Positions 13,570 through 25,968 of a stretch of 64,000 nucleotides of DNA are shown piece after piece. The DNA comes from Camelus ferus (lineage: Eukaryota). Position 1 is the first letter of the stretch. Every line of letters begins with the position of its first letter. The notes under the pieces were generated by a model, which saw only the letters and a program-made list of their open reading frames with translations, did not search any database and was not told the DNA's origin. Location of the stretch: positions 57,662,001-57,726,000 of the forward strand of contig NC_045696.1 of NCBI RefSeq assembly GCF_009834535.1, read 5' to 3'. The translations under genes were made by a program, and so were the position numbers.

Positions 13570-13875
13570 CTAACTTCAGTCAACCAGAAATAAGTCTAAT
13601 TTCTAATCAAACAGAAAATTCTAACATCATAAATTTGAACTGCTCATCTACACAAGGCTATCCAGAACCTCAAAAGATGTATACTTTGCTAAAAACTAAG
13701 AATTCAACCACCGAGTATGATGCTGTTATGAAGAAATCTCAAAATAACATCACAGAACTGTACAGTGTTTCTATCAGCATGTCTTTCTCCATCCCTCCTG
13801 AAACAAATGTGAGCATCTTCTGTGTCCTGCAGCTTGAGCCAACGAAGACACTTTTCTCCCTACCTTACAATATAG
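13570..13875 (+). CDS. CD86: CD86 exon 4, IgC domain
   Basis: Acceptor tttcag|CTAAC, donor TAG|GTAAGC, 306 nt. Encodes NFSQPEI...NLNCSSTQGYPEPQKM...NVSIFCVLQLEPTKTLFSLPYNI. Confidence 0.98.
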
Positions 13876-16617
13876 GTAAGCCTGCTTCCCCAGACTTTCT
13901 TTTATCTGGTGTATACACAGATGGTTAAGGTAGATCATCCAATGTCTTCTGCTTGCCAGGAAACCTCCAACTGGGCCATTTTATGAGACTGTCAGGAAAG
14001 ATCCAGACAGAGGGCTCCTGTTTCATCTGAGTGCTACAAGGTCCAGAAGGCTATGAACTTATGCTGCACTTGAGGAAGCATGTTCTTGGCCCTGACGCTA
14101 ATCCAGTTTTTTAGGCTACCTTTGGATAGAAGATTCTGAACCTTAGGTCAGAAAATGCAGGATTCCTCCAGGCTAGAAGTCTTCCATTCATTAAAACACA
14201 TAGACACGCATGCATGCACACCATGCATGTATACAGAAATACAGCACTTGTTATGAGTACGGAACCATTCTAGACATTGTTGGTTGCAGGGGAGAAAACC
14301 AAAAGGTATAAGACATGCTCTCTGCCCTCAAGGACCTTCTAATCCTGTGATGTACACACGTGGTAAATTGGATTTTTAAAAGACTGAATTGGAATCTAAA
14401 TTATATCCTGTGGAAAGATGTGACTAAATTTAAAAACAAGAGTGACTGATAGTAAGTTTTACAGGCATTCAGAAATAGGCAAGTTCCTTGAGGGTCAGTA
14501 AAGGCTTCCTAAATGACGTGTGACTTTATATTACCATACATTACTGAAATACTTGGGCTTGATAATGTGGTCAAGAGATGACAGGAACTCAAATTTGTAA
14601 TGGCTTCCTGAACAGAAAGAAAAATTCTGAAACAGTATTCAGGCTTGGGAGGTGAGAGGGCCACAATCAATGAGTAGTATCTGCCACGCACTCAGGCAGT
14701 GGTGGTGGCACCAGTACCCATGGGTCAAGGGAACACAGAAGCAGAGATGCTTGTGGCATGTTGACAGTGTAGCACAGGGACCAGTCCCGCTGGAGGAAAG
14801 GGTGGAAACCAAGCAGTGTCCACTCACAGGAGCCTGCCGTTTTAGAGTCCTGGCTTTGCCCTGGAATACATCCACATTTGAAACGTCACTCTTGAGGAGC
14901 AGAAACTGCAAGATTCTCTTCTGGAATAAAGGCAATCTGCACCCACACTGCCCTCACCAGTGCTTGTTCTGATCCCGAACACTCCCCCCACCCATCTGCC
15001 TTCTGCTTGCCTCGGCCTCTCCTCCAGCTCTTGGTCTGCCTCCTCCTAAGGCATCCATCCAGCTCCTTGCTCTATCCTCTGACTCTGATGCCCCCTCTTA
15101 TCTGGTGCCTCATTGTTCAAACAGACAATCCCCGAGGCCAGTCCCTACCGGCCAGCTTCGCTGTACCAGTGAGCCAGTCCCCTCTCCTGGTGTTGGTTTC
15201 CTTCTGATCAGACACCTCCAACTCTTGAGAGTCCAGTAAATGGCGAGGTCACCCAGCCTGTCCTGGTTGCTTCTAGTGTAGCCTCTCTTGGCCTGATAGA
15301 AGCCTATCCCACACTGCCCTGAAGTTCAGCACCTTCCTGGATCTGACAACATCACCACACAGGACATGCCCTGCGGCCCTCAGCCATGGCTCCCACGGGC
15401 TACAAAGGAACAGAAGGAGCAGGGCCCTGCCACCGCTATAGTCCGTCAGGGCTCAGCTTTCACCTGCTTCTCACCTGCTGCCAAAACCTTCCCCGCTGCC
15501 AGCGGCTTCAGAAACGTTTCAGCTCTAGCTGCCTCAGGAAGACAGGGCTTGCCTCTCTCTGTCCCTGCTCTATGGCTAGATCAGAGATAGGTTAGGCCCT
15601 GCATCAAAGAACCCTTTTGGGTATCAAAAGATAGCAGTCTCCATATTAACAAGTATAATTGCCCCCCACCTTACTAGGAACTCCAAACAGGCTCACATGG
15701 GATACCTGGGACAGACTCAAAGTGTTGGATGTGGCCTACCATGCCAACCACTCCTTTTCTGAAGGTCCCAGGAACAGGACATGTGTCCACAAACTGTGGC
15801 TAAGCCAGTGGGAAGTCAGCTGGTCCTATTTTCCTGTAATTTGAGATTAACTACCAGAACTGTTTCCATAAATGTCTATGAAGTGGGCCACTCAGTTCTA
15901 AGTTTCCACCCCTTGACCCAAAGCCTGTTTTTCAACTTCCTGGAAACTTAGGAGTTCTTATGCAAAGAAGTAAATCTGACCTCCCAGGAGATGATTCGGA
16001 CTCTGATCACTCAGGGCATGAAGAGATGTCAAAGGTCTTCTAGTAGGTGAGATATGCTAAAAGCCATGCTTGAGGAAGTCCACTGTGATCTCCGTAGGAA
16101 AAACAAACAAAACTGGAGGTAGGAGGCCTGTGAGGAGGCTGTTATGTTTCCCGGGAGAGAGGTGTCTGGAGCCTGATCTAGAGATGATAGCGGATGGAGG
16201 AATTACTACAAGGGAAGCTTCGAGACCTGGGGCCTGATCACATAAGGGGCTGAGGAATCAGGATGCTGCCCAGATGACTGCACATTCAGAGCCTCAGCAT
16301 AGGTACATTACCCAGATTGCAGAACCAAGGGCCAAGCTGACCCTCTTTTAGATCACAGTCATTGTCAGCCCGGCCTACAGGAAGGAAAGGCAAGGCAGCT
16401 CAGTCCAGGCATCTGGCCAAAGGCACTGGCTTGCTTCTCAGTCAGCTGCTGAGGCCCCGAGACTGGGACCTTCTGTGGCTTCACATGGTGGATTTCCGAC
16501 TCCTCTGGCTATAGAGCCCTGGGGAGATGCTGGCATGTCAATAAAGAGAAGAGCAGTAATTATAAAGCTTTTATAATCAACCTGCCTGGCTGATTGAAAA
16601 CTTGGGTTCATTTTTAG

Positions 16618-16770
16618 ATGCAAAGCCACCTGTGCCACGTCCCCATGTCCCAGACCACATCGTCTGGATTGCAGCTCTACTTGTTACATTGGTCGTGGTG
16701 TGTGGGATGGTGTTCTTTCTAACACTAAGGAAAAGGAAGAAGAAGCAGCCTGGCCCCTCTAATGAATGTG
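16618..16770 (+). CDS. CD86: CD86 exon 5, stalk, transmembrane helix and basic stop-transfer
   Basis: Acceptor tttttag|ATG, donor GTG|GTGAGT, 153 nt. Encodes DAKPPVPRPHVPDHIVWIAALLVTLVVVCGMVFFLTLRKRKKKQPGPSNEC. Confidence 0.97.
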
Positions 16771-18699
16771 GTGAGTCAGTGCTTGTCCTCTGCAGATTGT
16801 CACTTTGCAGCTCCTTCCTGATCAGCAGTCGTCGGGAGCTCGCTTGCGGGCTGAGCCCAGGCTAGCAGAAAGTCAGCAAGCGTTTGGAAGAAAAGGTTTC
16901 CTCATATAGGTGGGACTCAGCAGCTGATAAGGTTGCTCTGGATTTCTAGGAAAGGCAATGTTTCTAACTTAAGGTTTACAAATGTACTCCTGGTTTCCAG
17001 ACAAAGCTGATGATTCCATGCTTTACCTACTTCACATCATGAAGTGACCGTGAGAATTCAATGGAGTAAAATGGTGACACTTACAAATGTTCATGATTAT
17101 GGACCCGACGGTGGTCAAGCAGGGATGTTTGGTGGGAGTGGGGGAGGATTAGATGACCTTAAGATCTGCCTTCTCATCTCTAAAAGTCTAGGTTTCCTAA
17201 GAAGTAAGTTAGATGAATTATTCCTCACTGACTTTAAAAAAATAACATTAACTCTTATGGATTACCAAATATTATGTATGCATTACCAAATATACTGAAA
17301 ATAAAAATCACCTATAGTTCTACTAATAAGAAAAAATGGTTAGACAGACAACATTTTAGAGTACATCTCCCAGATTTTTTTATGTATAAATCTATGTTAT
17401 TTTTCCATAAGTGGGATAGTATTATAAACACTATTTTTCATAATTTGTTCCTTAACTTTGTTATACTAAATGTAGGAAGAAAATTTTCAGTGTCATTAAG
17501 TATTATTCTACAGCATCATTTTAAATGTCTGCGAGATACTCCATTATATGGATATACCTTTGGTTGTTCCCATAGTTTTGCTGTTGTAAATAGTACATTA
17601 AGCAGCTTCTCCATTGACTTCTGTTGTAACAGTGGCCTGTGTTTAATGGGGATAGGGGCAAAGTAGTCCCTGACTTTATAATAATCCCATGCCTGTTTGT
17701 GGTTTGGGCTGGTTTGGGTGAAGTTGTAAGATTAGTTTGGACTTTATCTCAGTAACTGCCTCCACTAAAAGTTTGGTTGGTGCTAATAATTAAGGTTACC
17801 TTCTTACTCATTTATCGTAAAAAGGTACAAGATGAGTAATGCTTCTGGTCAGCATTTTAAGATTTCACAGTACTGATTTTGAGATCCATCTAGAAATAGA
17901 TGGAGGACATTAGCAGTCATTCATTTCATCCTGCTGTGTTTTAAAAACAGGAAATTTGGGAGTAATAATCCAATTTCAATACACTAATACAAAGCATACG
18001 GCAGAGCCATTCAAATCGCCAAAGTACAGGATATACTGAGAGATTTCTATGATATAAAGGTGTAAAATTCACAGCTCAGGGTCAGATAGTGAGATATATC
18101 ATGCTGGTCCAGGCTTTGACTTTTCAAGGTGAGAGCTTTAAGCTTCTCTTTCTCTCAATCTCATTGCCATTTAGAATTAGCTAAATGTGCAGAAGCAACC
18201 TTCAACTTGAAAATAAGCTATCTCCTAAATTTACTTTCATGTTGGAATGATTAGCTTACAAACAAAACAAAGAAAAGGGATGGAGAAAAAGTGAGTAAGA
18301 ATGTTTCTTCCCCTAATAAGCAGTCAGAAAAATTGAGGAGACTAGAGAAGGGAGTTAAAGAGGATGTGTCTATACACATGAGAGAGTTGGAAGGGTGTTC
18401 AAGAAGCTATCAGTTGCATTTGAGATGGTCAAATTGAGCTATGAGTGTTAAAAGGCAGAAGACAACAACAGAGCAGAGTACATATATGACCCCCTCCAAG
18501 AGTGTGTTAAAAAATATTGGTACAAAAATGTTGTTCAGTCAGATAGATAGTCATCTGTGCCAGTGAGTTTGGTCAGGGAACAGCCTTGATTTCATTGGTG
18601 CAGGGAGATGTACCAAGTAACCACCCATGTAGATATGAGATGTTTGTAAAATTGGATTCTGTAACTTCACCAATGGCTGCACTTGCTTTGTGGATACCC

Positions 18700-19080
18700 C
18701 CTGGCATTGGCTGTATGACAGGCCACCAACCAGATGTCCACCTCCTATACCCCAGAATCTATACCATGTTATCTGACATGGCAAAAGGGAATTTGCATAT
18801 GTGATTAATGTACTGACCTTAAGATGAGGAGATTATCTTGGTAGACCCAATCTGATCATGTGAGTCAGAGAACCTTTCCCACCTGGATTAGAAAGATGAA
18901 ATAGAAGAAGGAGAGATCCAAAGCTTGAGACAAGCTCAACCTACCATTGCTGCCTTTGAAGATGGAGGGAGGGGCCATTAGAAAGGAACGTATGTGGTCT
19001 CTAGAAGCTGGGGATGACCCTCAGCTGAGAGCTAGCAAGGAAATGGGGATCTCAGTGCACAAGAAACTAAATACTGTCAA
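18700..19080. mobile_element. MLT1D/E-like MaLR LTR
   Basis: cagatgtccacctcct...ggcaaaagggaatttgcatatgtgatta...gctgcctttgaagatggagg...ctctagaagctgg...gcaaggaaatggggatctcag. Confidence 0.8.
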
Positions 19081-19959
19081 CAGACAGATATGGGAGCAGT
19101 CATGACCCATCCACAGAGACAAAAGCTTACTGATGAGTAGACATTTCTTCAACAATGGAGCTTCCTCCTAATCCAACATTAATCCTTTTCTCAAAGGAGA
19201 CAGCCCTCCAACTAACTTTGTGCCAAAAGTCCTTTCCAGTGTTTGTTCAGTAATTATAGTTTTTCTACGCCTCAACCATACATATTTACCCTGTTTAGGT
19301 TGTTAAATGAATAAAAGGGAAATGCCATGGCTGTTCTAGCTGGTTTCTAATCTTTCTTCTCTTTTTTGTTTTGTCAAATAGAGCAGTTAAGGCTGTAAGA
19401 AACTGTAACCTTGAATTGCTGTCTTTTCCCAATCAGAAGTTACCCTGTCAGCTTACCCATTGGGGAGAAAGACTAAAATAGCTCCTCCTGAAGTTTTACT
19501 TCCTCATTTGGTTCTTGTGTGGCTGAAATGTGTATCTAACAGTGCCTTAGCAACCTACAATTTTTACAGCTTGCCTCCCTCCACCAAGTCTAGAAGAGTC
19601 TCAGCTCTTTTAGGAATGATTTCTTAAAGGCCAAATGTCTTTCCCAAAATAAATCATATTTAATCACCATTTAAGTGGAAATTTCACAGGGCTTAAAAAC
19701 TGAAACTGCATGATACCATCATATCTACCCTTCAAAATGCTAAATTTGTAATCAAATCCAAAAGTTTAGAATCTGCCTTTTTATTGTCTGCTTTCATTTT
19801 AAAATAGAAGGTTTTAGTTTTTTGGTTTTAGGTTTTTTTTTTTTTTTTTTGAAATGTTGATGATTTTGTCATGGATATGAAAGGATAATATACTTATTTC
19901 TTGTTGGTATACAGACATCTGAAATACTGTATTTGGCAATAAGCACCATTATTTTTAAG

Positions 19960-20220
19960 AGGAACTTTGACAAAAATAGAACCTAACTGGATTTATAAAG
20001 CATCTGGAATCTCAAACAAGGAATAGCTCAATAACTGAGGATGCTTAGCTAGAAATAAAGCCTTGGGGAGGACACAAGTGCTGCCTTGAAATATCTGAAA
20101 ACTGCCACAGGCTGCAAAGATCATTAACTGAGGCTCTAAAGGGCATCTCAACAGATAAAGGTTATAAGAAGGTATAAGGAAATAAGAGGGGCTTTTCTAA
20201 CAATTAAAGCTCTTTTAAAA
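19960..20220 (+). mobile_element. CR1/L3 LINE fragment (interrupted by the following L1)
   Basis: aactgaggatgcttagctaga...tgccttgaaatatctgaaa...cttttctaacaatta; resumes around 22960-23040. Confidence 0.55.
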
Positions 20221-20229
20221 TTACATAAA

Positions 20230-22059
20230 ATACATAGACTTCTCCTTCCTCCCAGGAAGGATTAATGGCTACAGGAATTGCCTTCTGGCCGTAAACAACT
20301 AAAATCAGACAAAATACATGTAACAGCTGTTTTCAGACATTGGACAACAGGCTGCAGAAAACTGGAGTCCCTGAGAGAAGGGAAAAGATGAGGCGAGCCC
20401 TATGATTGCCCACAACTTACTGCCTGGAGTCAGTTTCTAGGCTGCTCTGAAGGTAGGGGGAGCCCTAACACCAAAACTAGAAAAAGACATTATAAGAAAA
20501 GAAAACTACTATCTCTTCCTGTGAACATAGATGCCAAAATGCTTTACAAAATTAGTAACTAAAATCTAGCAATATATTAAAAGTATGATACATCATGATT
20601 AAGTGGGGTTTATTCCAGGAATATAAGGTTGTTTCAACATCCAAATATCAAGCAATAAAATTCACCACATTGACAGACTAAAAAAAGAAAAAGCATGTGG
20701 ATACAGAATACATGTCAATGGATACAGAAAAAGCATTTGGCAAAATTAGTACCCATTCATAATTTTAAACAAGAAAGATAAACTCCCATAAAAGTAGGAA
20801 TACAAAGGAACTTCCTCAACCTGGCAACGGACATCTACCCAAATCCTTCAGTTAGCATCATATTTAATGATGAAAGACTGCCTTTGTCTAAGATCGGGAA
20901 TAATTGCTTTTGTCTAAGATCACTGTCACTGCTTTTGTTCAGCATTGTACTGGATGTCATAACCAGTGCCACAAGTCTAGAAAAAGACAGGGCACACATA
21001 TTGGAAAAGAGAAGTAAAACTTCTGTCTTTTTTATTTTTTAACAGATAACATGATCACGTTTGTAGAAAAGCCTAAGAAAACCATTAAAAGCTATTAGAA
21101 CTGATTGAGTGTAGCAGGATACAAAGCCAATAAACAAAATCAATTGTATTTCTGTATACTAACAACAATTGGACACTGAAAAACATTAATACCATTTACA
21201 GTATCATTAAATAATATTAAAGGCCTTGGAATAAGTTTTTCAAAAACAAGTACAAGACCTGTATGTATACTGAAAACTAAAAAAAAAAAATTAGTACTGA
21301 CAGAAATTAAAGTAGACCTAAATAAATGGAGAATTATGCCACGTTCAGGGTTCGGAAGACTAGATATTAAGATACCAATTCTCCCAAATCGATCTATGGA
21401 TTCAATACAATATCAGTTAAAATCCTGGCAGGCTTTTTAGTGGAAATTAAAAAGCTGATTTTCAAAGTTATGTGGAAATGCAAAGGACCTACAATTGTCA
21501 AAACAATTCTGAAACATGAGAACAAAGACACAGGACTTACACTACCTAATTTCAAATTTTACTATACAGTGACAGTAATCAACACAGTATGACAGTGGTA
21601 AAAGGACAGGCGTATCAAGCAGTGGAACCAAAAGGAGAGTCAAAAAACAGACACATGGTTTTGTCAACTGATTTTGGCAAAAGTGCCAAGGTAATTCCAT
21701 GCAGAAAGGTAATATTTTCAACAAATGGTACTGGGTCAATTGGATATTCACGTGGGAAAATATGAACCTAGACTGACAAAAAAGTAATTTGAATGGATCA
21801 TAAACCTAAATATAAGAGCTAAAATTAAAAGACATTTGAAAGAAAACACAGAAAATTTTGTGAGCCTAGATTAGGTAAATCTTAGACAGGACACACAGTA
21901 AGGACAAACCATATTATAAAAAGATCAAATTGATAAATGGAACTTCATCAAAATTAAAAATTTTTGCCTTTTGACTTTGTTAAGAAAATGAAAAGTCAAA
22001 CTACAAACTGGGAGGAAATGTTTGTAAAATATAAATCTGATAAAGGACTTAAAGCCAGA

Positions 22060-22114
<55 letters not shown>

Positions 22115-22960
22115 GATGTGTATATATATGTGATACATGTGTATATATATCAGACTCAGTATTAAGAAGACAAACCATATAACAAAAGGCAGAGAGCAAA
22201 AGACTTGAACAGACGCTTTACATAATAAAATATACAAATGGCCAATAAGCACAGTCACACAGTTATAACGTCATTATCACTGGGGAAATACAAATTGAAG
22301 CCATAATGAGATACCACCACCCACTAACATGGCTACAATTAAAAGGATCGATAAATATGAAGTGTTGGGGAGGATGTAAAGCACTTGAAATTCTCACTGC
22401 ACTGCTATACAACCCAGCAATCCTAGATAGTTAGCCATGAAAAAGAAAGACATATGTCTACACAGAAACACACACATGCAAACGTCCATAGCAGCTTTCT
22501 TCCTGATACTGAAAACCGGGCATCCTGAATTTTCATCAGTTGGTGAATGGATAAACAAGTGGTGGTATATTCATACAATGAAATACTGCTAAGCTACAGA
22601 AAAGAATGGACTACTGGTAACATGAAACAACATGGATGAATTTCAAAAGCACTATGCTAAGTCAAAGACACCAGGCACAAAAAGACTACACATTGTATGA
22701 TTCTATTTATATGAAATCCTAGAAAAAGCTAAACTATTGTGACATTAACCAGATCAGTGGTTACAGGGGATGGAGTGGGAGGGGAAAGGAAATGATTGAA
22801 AAGGGGCTGGAAGGAACTCTGGGCTTATATAAATGTTCTATATTCTTGGTTATGGAGGTACTTTCATGACTGCATACATTTGTTAAACTCATCAAAATGT
22901 ACATGGAAAAATAATTGGACTTTACTGTATTATACTTCAATAAAGCTGATTGTTTTTAAA
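20230..22960 (+). mobile_element. Degenerate L1M LINE in CD86 intron 5 (ORF2 remnants and 3' UTR)
   Basis: RT-region motifs (aagtggggtttattccaggaat, gatacagaaaaagcatttggcaaaatt), acctaaataaatggagaa, aactgattttggcaaaagtgccaag, gaatggataaacaa, 3' aataaagctg; no intact ORF. Confidence 0.9.
22064..22104. repeat. (CA)n microsatellite
   Basis: About 20 CA units inside the L1. Confidence 0.95.
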
Positions 22961-23669
22961 CACAAAGAGAACTGCCAAAAATAAGGAGTGTTCAAAACCA
23001 TCAGGGGTGTTGTTGAAAGGATTCCTGCGGTCCCTAAATTCCTCCATGGACACCCAGGTTAACGACCCATGCCGTAAGACTCTGAGTGGGACAGTAGCAC
23101 CATGACAACAGTCAGCCTAGAGGAATTTACACCCCAAGCTGCATTAGTAGGAAGTCCACACCAATAGTAACTCAGGCACTTGGAGGTCTAGGCTGCTAGA
23201 GATTTCCCACTTGAGCCTGTCTGTGTAACATTGTGTATTATTTGGTAGTGCCAGCTGGCTAACCCATTTAGGTATCAACATCTTCAAGATTTCCTTTTCC
23301 TCCCCCTTCTAAACCTTACTTTCAGAAAAGGATGGGAAACTTTTTTCCCATCACTAAGTGATTGCTAAAATTAAATGTGTTACACCTTCCAGTAGTATTT
23401 TTATTTTAGCAAAGAATAGAGCCTTAAGTGAAAAACCTATTCCCAACATTAGAACTTCAGGCACAACGAGTAAAGGAAGGCATTTACTTTTTGGATGAAA
23501 GAAACTCCTTCTCAGTCCCCATGAAACTGTATCAACAGAACGGTTTACTCTACCTATATGGCCACAATGATTTTTCTCTGAGTCCTAGGACTTAGGGGCC
23601 TCTTTAGACGCTCCCTCTTTTAGTATCTATGGGTAGTACATTTTCTCAGGTTGCTTTTGTCTCTTTCAG

Positions 23670-23715
23670 AAATCATCAGAGTGGAGGAGAGAGAGAGTGA
23701 ACAGACTGAGAAAAG
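23670..23715 (+). CDS. CD86: CD86 exon 6, cytoplasmic tail
   Basis: Acceptor ctctttcag|AAATC, donor AAG|GTGAGT, 46 nt. Encodes EIIRVEERESEQTEKR (human GTNTMEREESEQTKKR). Confidence 0.95.
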
Positions 23716-24919
23716 GTGAGTCCTGACTCTACAACATTGTTGAAAGAGGTACAATCCCCAGAGAGTCCATGACTTTAAAAATAGGCTTAAGTCTGAAGCA
23801 TGCTGAGACCTTAGCATACATTAACTAAATGGAGAGGAAAAGGTAAGTGAGACTAGTCAGGACCTGGAGGGAAATACCCTAGCTATAAACGGATGGCACT
23901 GTGCCCAATGCATGATGCCCACAGGTCATGGCCAGCTCAGTATGGTCAAGTAAAAAATTAATACCAAAGGGGTCTGATGTGGTGAGCATGGGCTGCATCT
24001 TACTCACCACAGTAAACCTAGCACGGTGCCTGACCAGTGGGTGTCCCACATGTGTGGGCTGAATAAATATTAAGTGAGGAGTGACAGTATGTTCTCTGTA
24101 GCCTCAGTGTCTTTGCTTCTGCTTGGATTGTTCTGCTGCTGCTTCTTTACCTCATTCTTTAGATCTTGGCTCAAGCTGCACTTTCTTAAAAACCTTTCCC
24201 AAACTACATTATGTCAGCCTGTTATAATGTCATGTGGATCCCCGTGCTTTTTCTTCATAACACCAGGGTATAGTTACCTATGTGTGTAATTATCTTATTA
24301 AATTCTATAAGCTGAGCTAAACCAAACTCTATAGAGGTCAGGGAACATATCAGCTAAGCTCATCATTATGCTGCCAGCACCTAGCACAGTGCCTGGTATA
24401 TAGTAGGTGCTCAATAATTTTTTTTCTTTTGTTAAACTGCAGCAGCACATGTGTTTGAATCTATAGAAAGTAACCTTTTAATAGTACTAACAGTTTTCAG
24501 TAGTTGTAATTTTCATGGTGAATACTGGTTGAGTATTATAAGACTTACTTAAGAATTTATATAAGACTTACTTATAGAATTTATATCCTAATGGTTTGGT
24601 AGCCATATAACATGTTGAAAAGAAGTTTTGTGGAAAAGTAAACATTCATCAGAGCTTTAGTTTTTCTTACATTTGCTTTCAGCTGAGTAATAATTTAAGT
24701 TGCTTGATTTTTATTTATTTTTCATTTATTTGGCTTTCTTTCTAGATCCTTTACCTAGTCAAATCCAAACAACAGCACTTAAGTAACCCTAAATACAGCA
24801 TAGGGGGAAATGTGTATATCCTTTTCTTTATATTAACTTTTGTTCACATATGAGGGCTATGGAAAGCAAAATGCAGTGAGATGCATTTTTTCTTTTATTT
24901 TAGAGTTCAAGCTTTCAGG

Positions 24920-25239
24920 TTTTTTAAATTCAGTTTATTTAAACTTAAAAAAAAAAGTTTTACTCATTTCTCCCAGCTCCCTACCCTCTCCACCTCTAGC
25001 AACCATCAATCTGTTCTCTGTATCTATGTTTGATTTTTCACAATTATTATCTATTCTTAGATTCCACATATAAGTGAAATAATACAGCATTTATCTTTGT
25101 CTTATTTCATTTAGCATAATACCCTCAAGATCCATCCATGTTGTTGTCACAGTTGGCAAGATTTCATTCTTTTTATGGCTGAGTAATATTTCTCTCTCTC
25201 TCTCTCTCTCTCCCTCTGTGTGTGTGTGTGTGTATGTGA

Positions 25240-25273
<34 letters not shown>

Positions 25274-25330
25274 CAATTTCTTTATCCATTCATCCATCAG
25301 TGAACACTTAGGTTGTTCCCATATCTTGAT
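24920..25330 (-). mobile_element. L1 3' end fragment containing compound microsatellite
   Basis: agattccacatataagtgaaat...atttcatttagcataataccctcaagatccatccatgttg...tttatccattcatccatcagtg. Confidence 0.85.
25191..25273. repeat. Compound (TC)n(TG)n(AG)n microsatellite
   Basis: Read directly. Confidence 0.95.
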
Positions 25331-25871
25331 TTTTAAATATTTGTTGAAAGACTGAATGTATGCATGAAGGACTCCACAAAGATTCTTGGTGATCTTTCCT
25401 TTCACAACATGATGCAGTCAGATTGTCTGTACATCCACCTGCTCCAAGAAACTGAGGAACTGGGCTCTCAAGAATATCAAGGCTCTGGTCATATAGTCAT
25501 GTGCTCAAAGTAACTCTAAGTTAAAAGCCTCATCACAGAGATATGGTCATGACCCCAGGGTGCATAACCCCCAGTGTGCCCAGCACTTACCTGGATACAT
25601 CAGCTGCTATGAGTCTTAGAATCCTGGATGGTGAGCCTGGGTGCAGAGATCTTGCCTGTCCTATCAGACCCAGTTCAGGAATGGTCTGGAAGAGCCTGGG
25701 GAAGGAAGGGCAGCAGGGAATCAGTCAGGCCCAGACAAAAATCAAAGACAGTTCTCTCATCAGTAGTTCGCTATTGCAGTGTCCCCCTATATTCTGCCCT
25801 ATCACTGAAATCTAAAAGAGGAAGTGGCTCTACTGTGAAACCTGACCAAACTCCTTTTTCTATCTTTCCAG

Positions 25872-25968
25872 AGTAGAATTCCACGAACCTGAGAGATCTG
25901 ATGAAGCCCAGGGTGATGTTAACATTTCGAAGACAGCCGCAGGCAACAAAAATGCTACACATTTTTAA
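25872..25968 (+). CDS. CD86: CD86 exon 7 coding part, C-terminus
   Basis: Acceptor tctttccag|AGTAG; 97 nt to TAA at 25966-25968. Encodes VEFHEPERSDEAQGDVNISKTAAGNKNATHF*, containing the conserved PERSDEAQ motif. Confidence 0.96.

Noticed and set aside
21925..22258. Cys-Val / His-Thr repeat ORFs
   Set aside because: Translation of (CA)n/(TG)n microsatellites.
23641..23669. Alternative exon 6 acceptor (ttttctcag at 23649)
   Set aside because: Adds 20 nt and shifts frame; the 23670 acceptor reproduces the conserved 46-nt exon.
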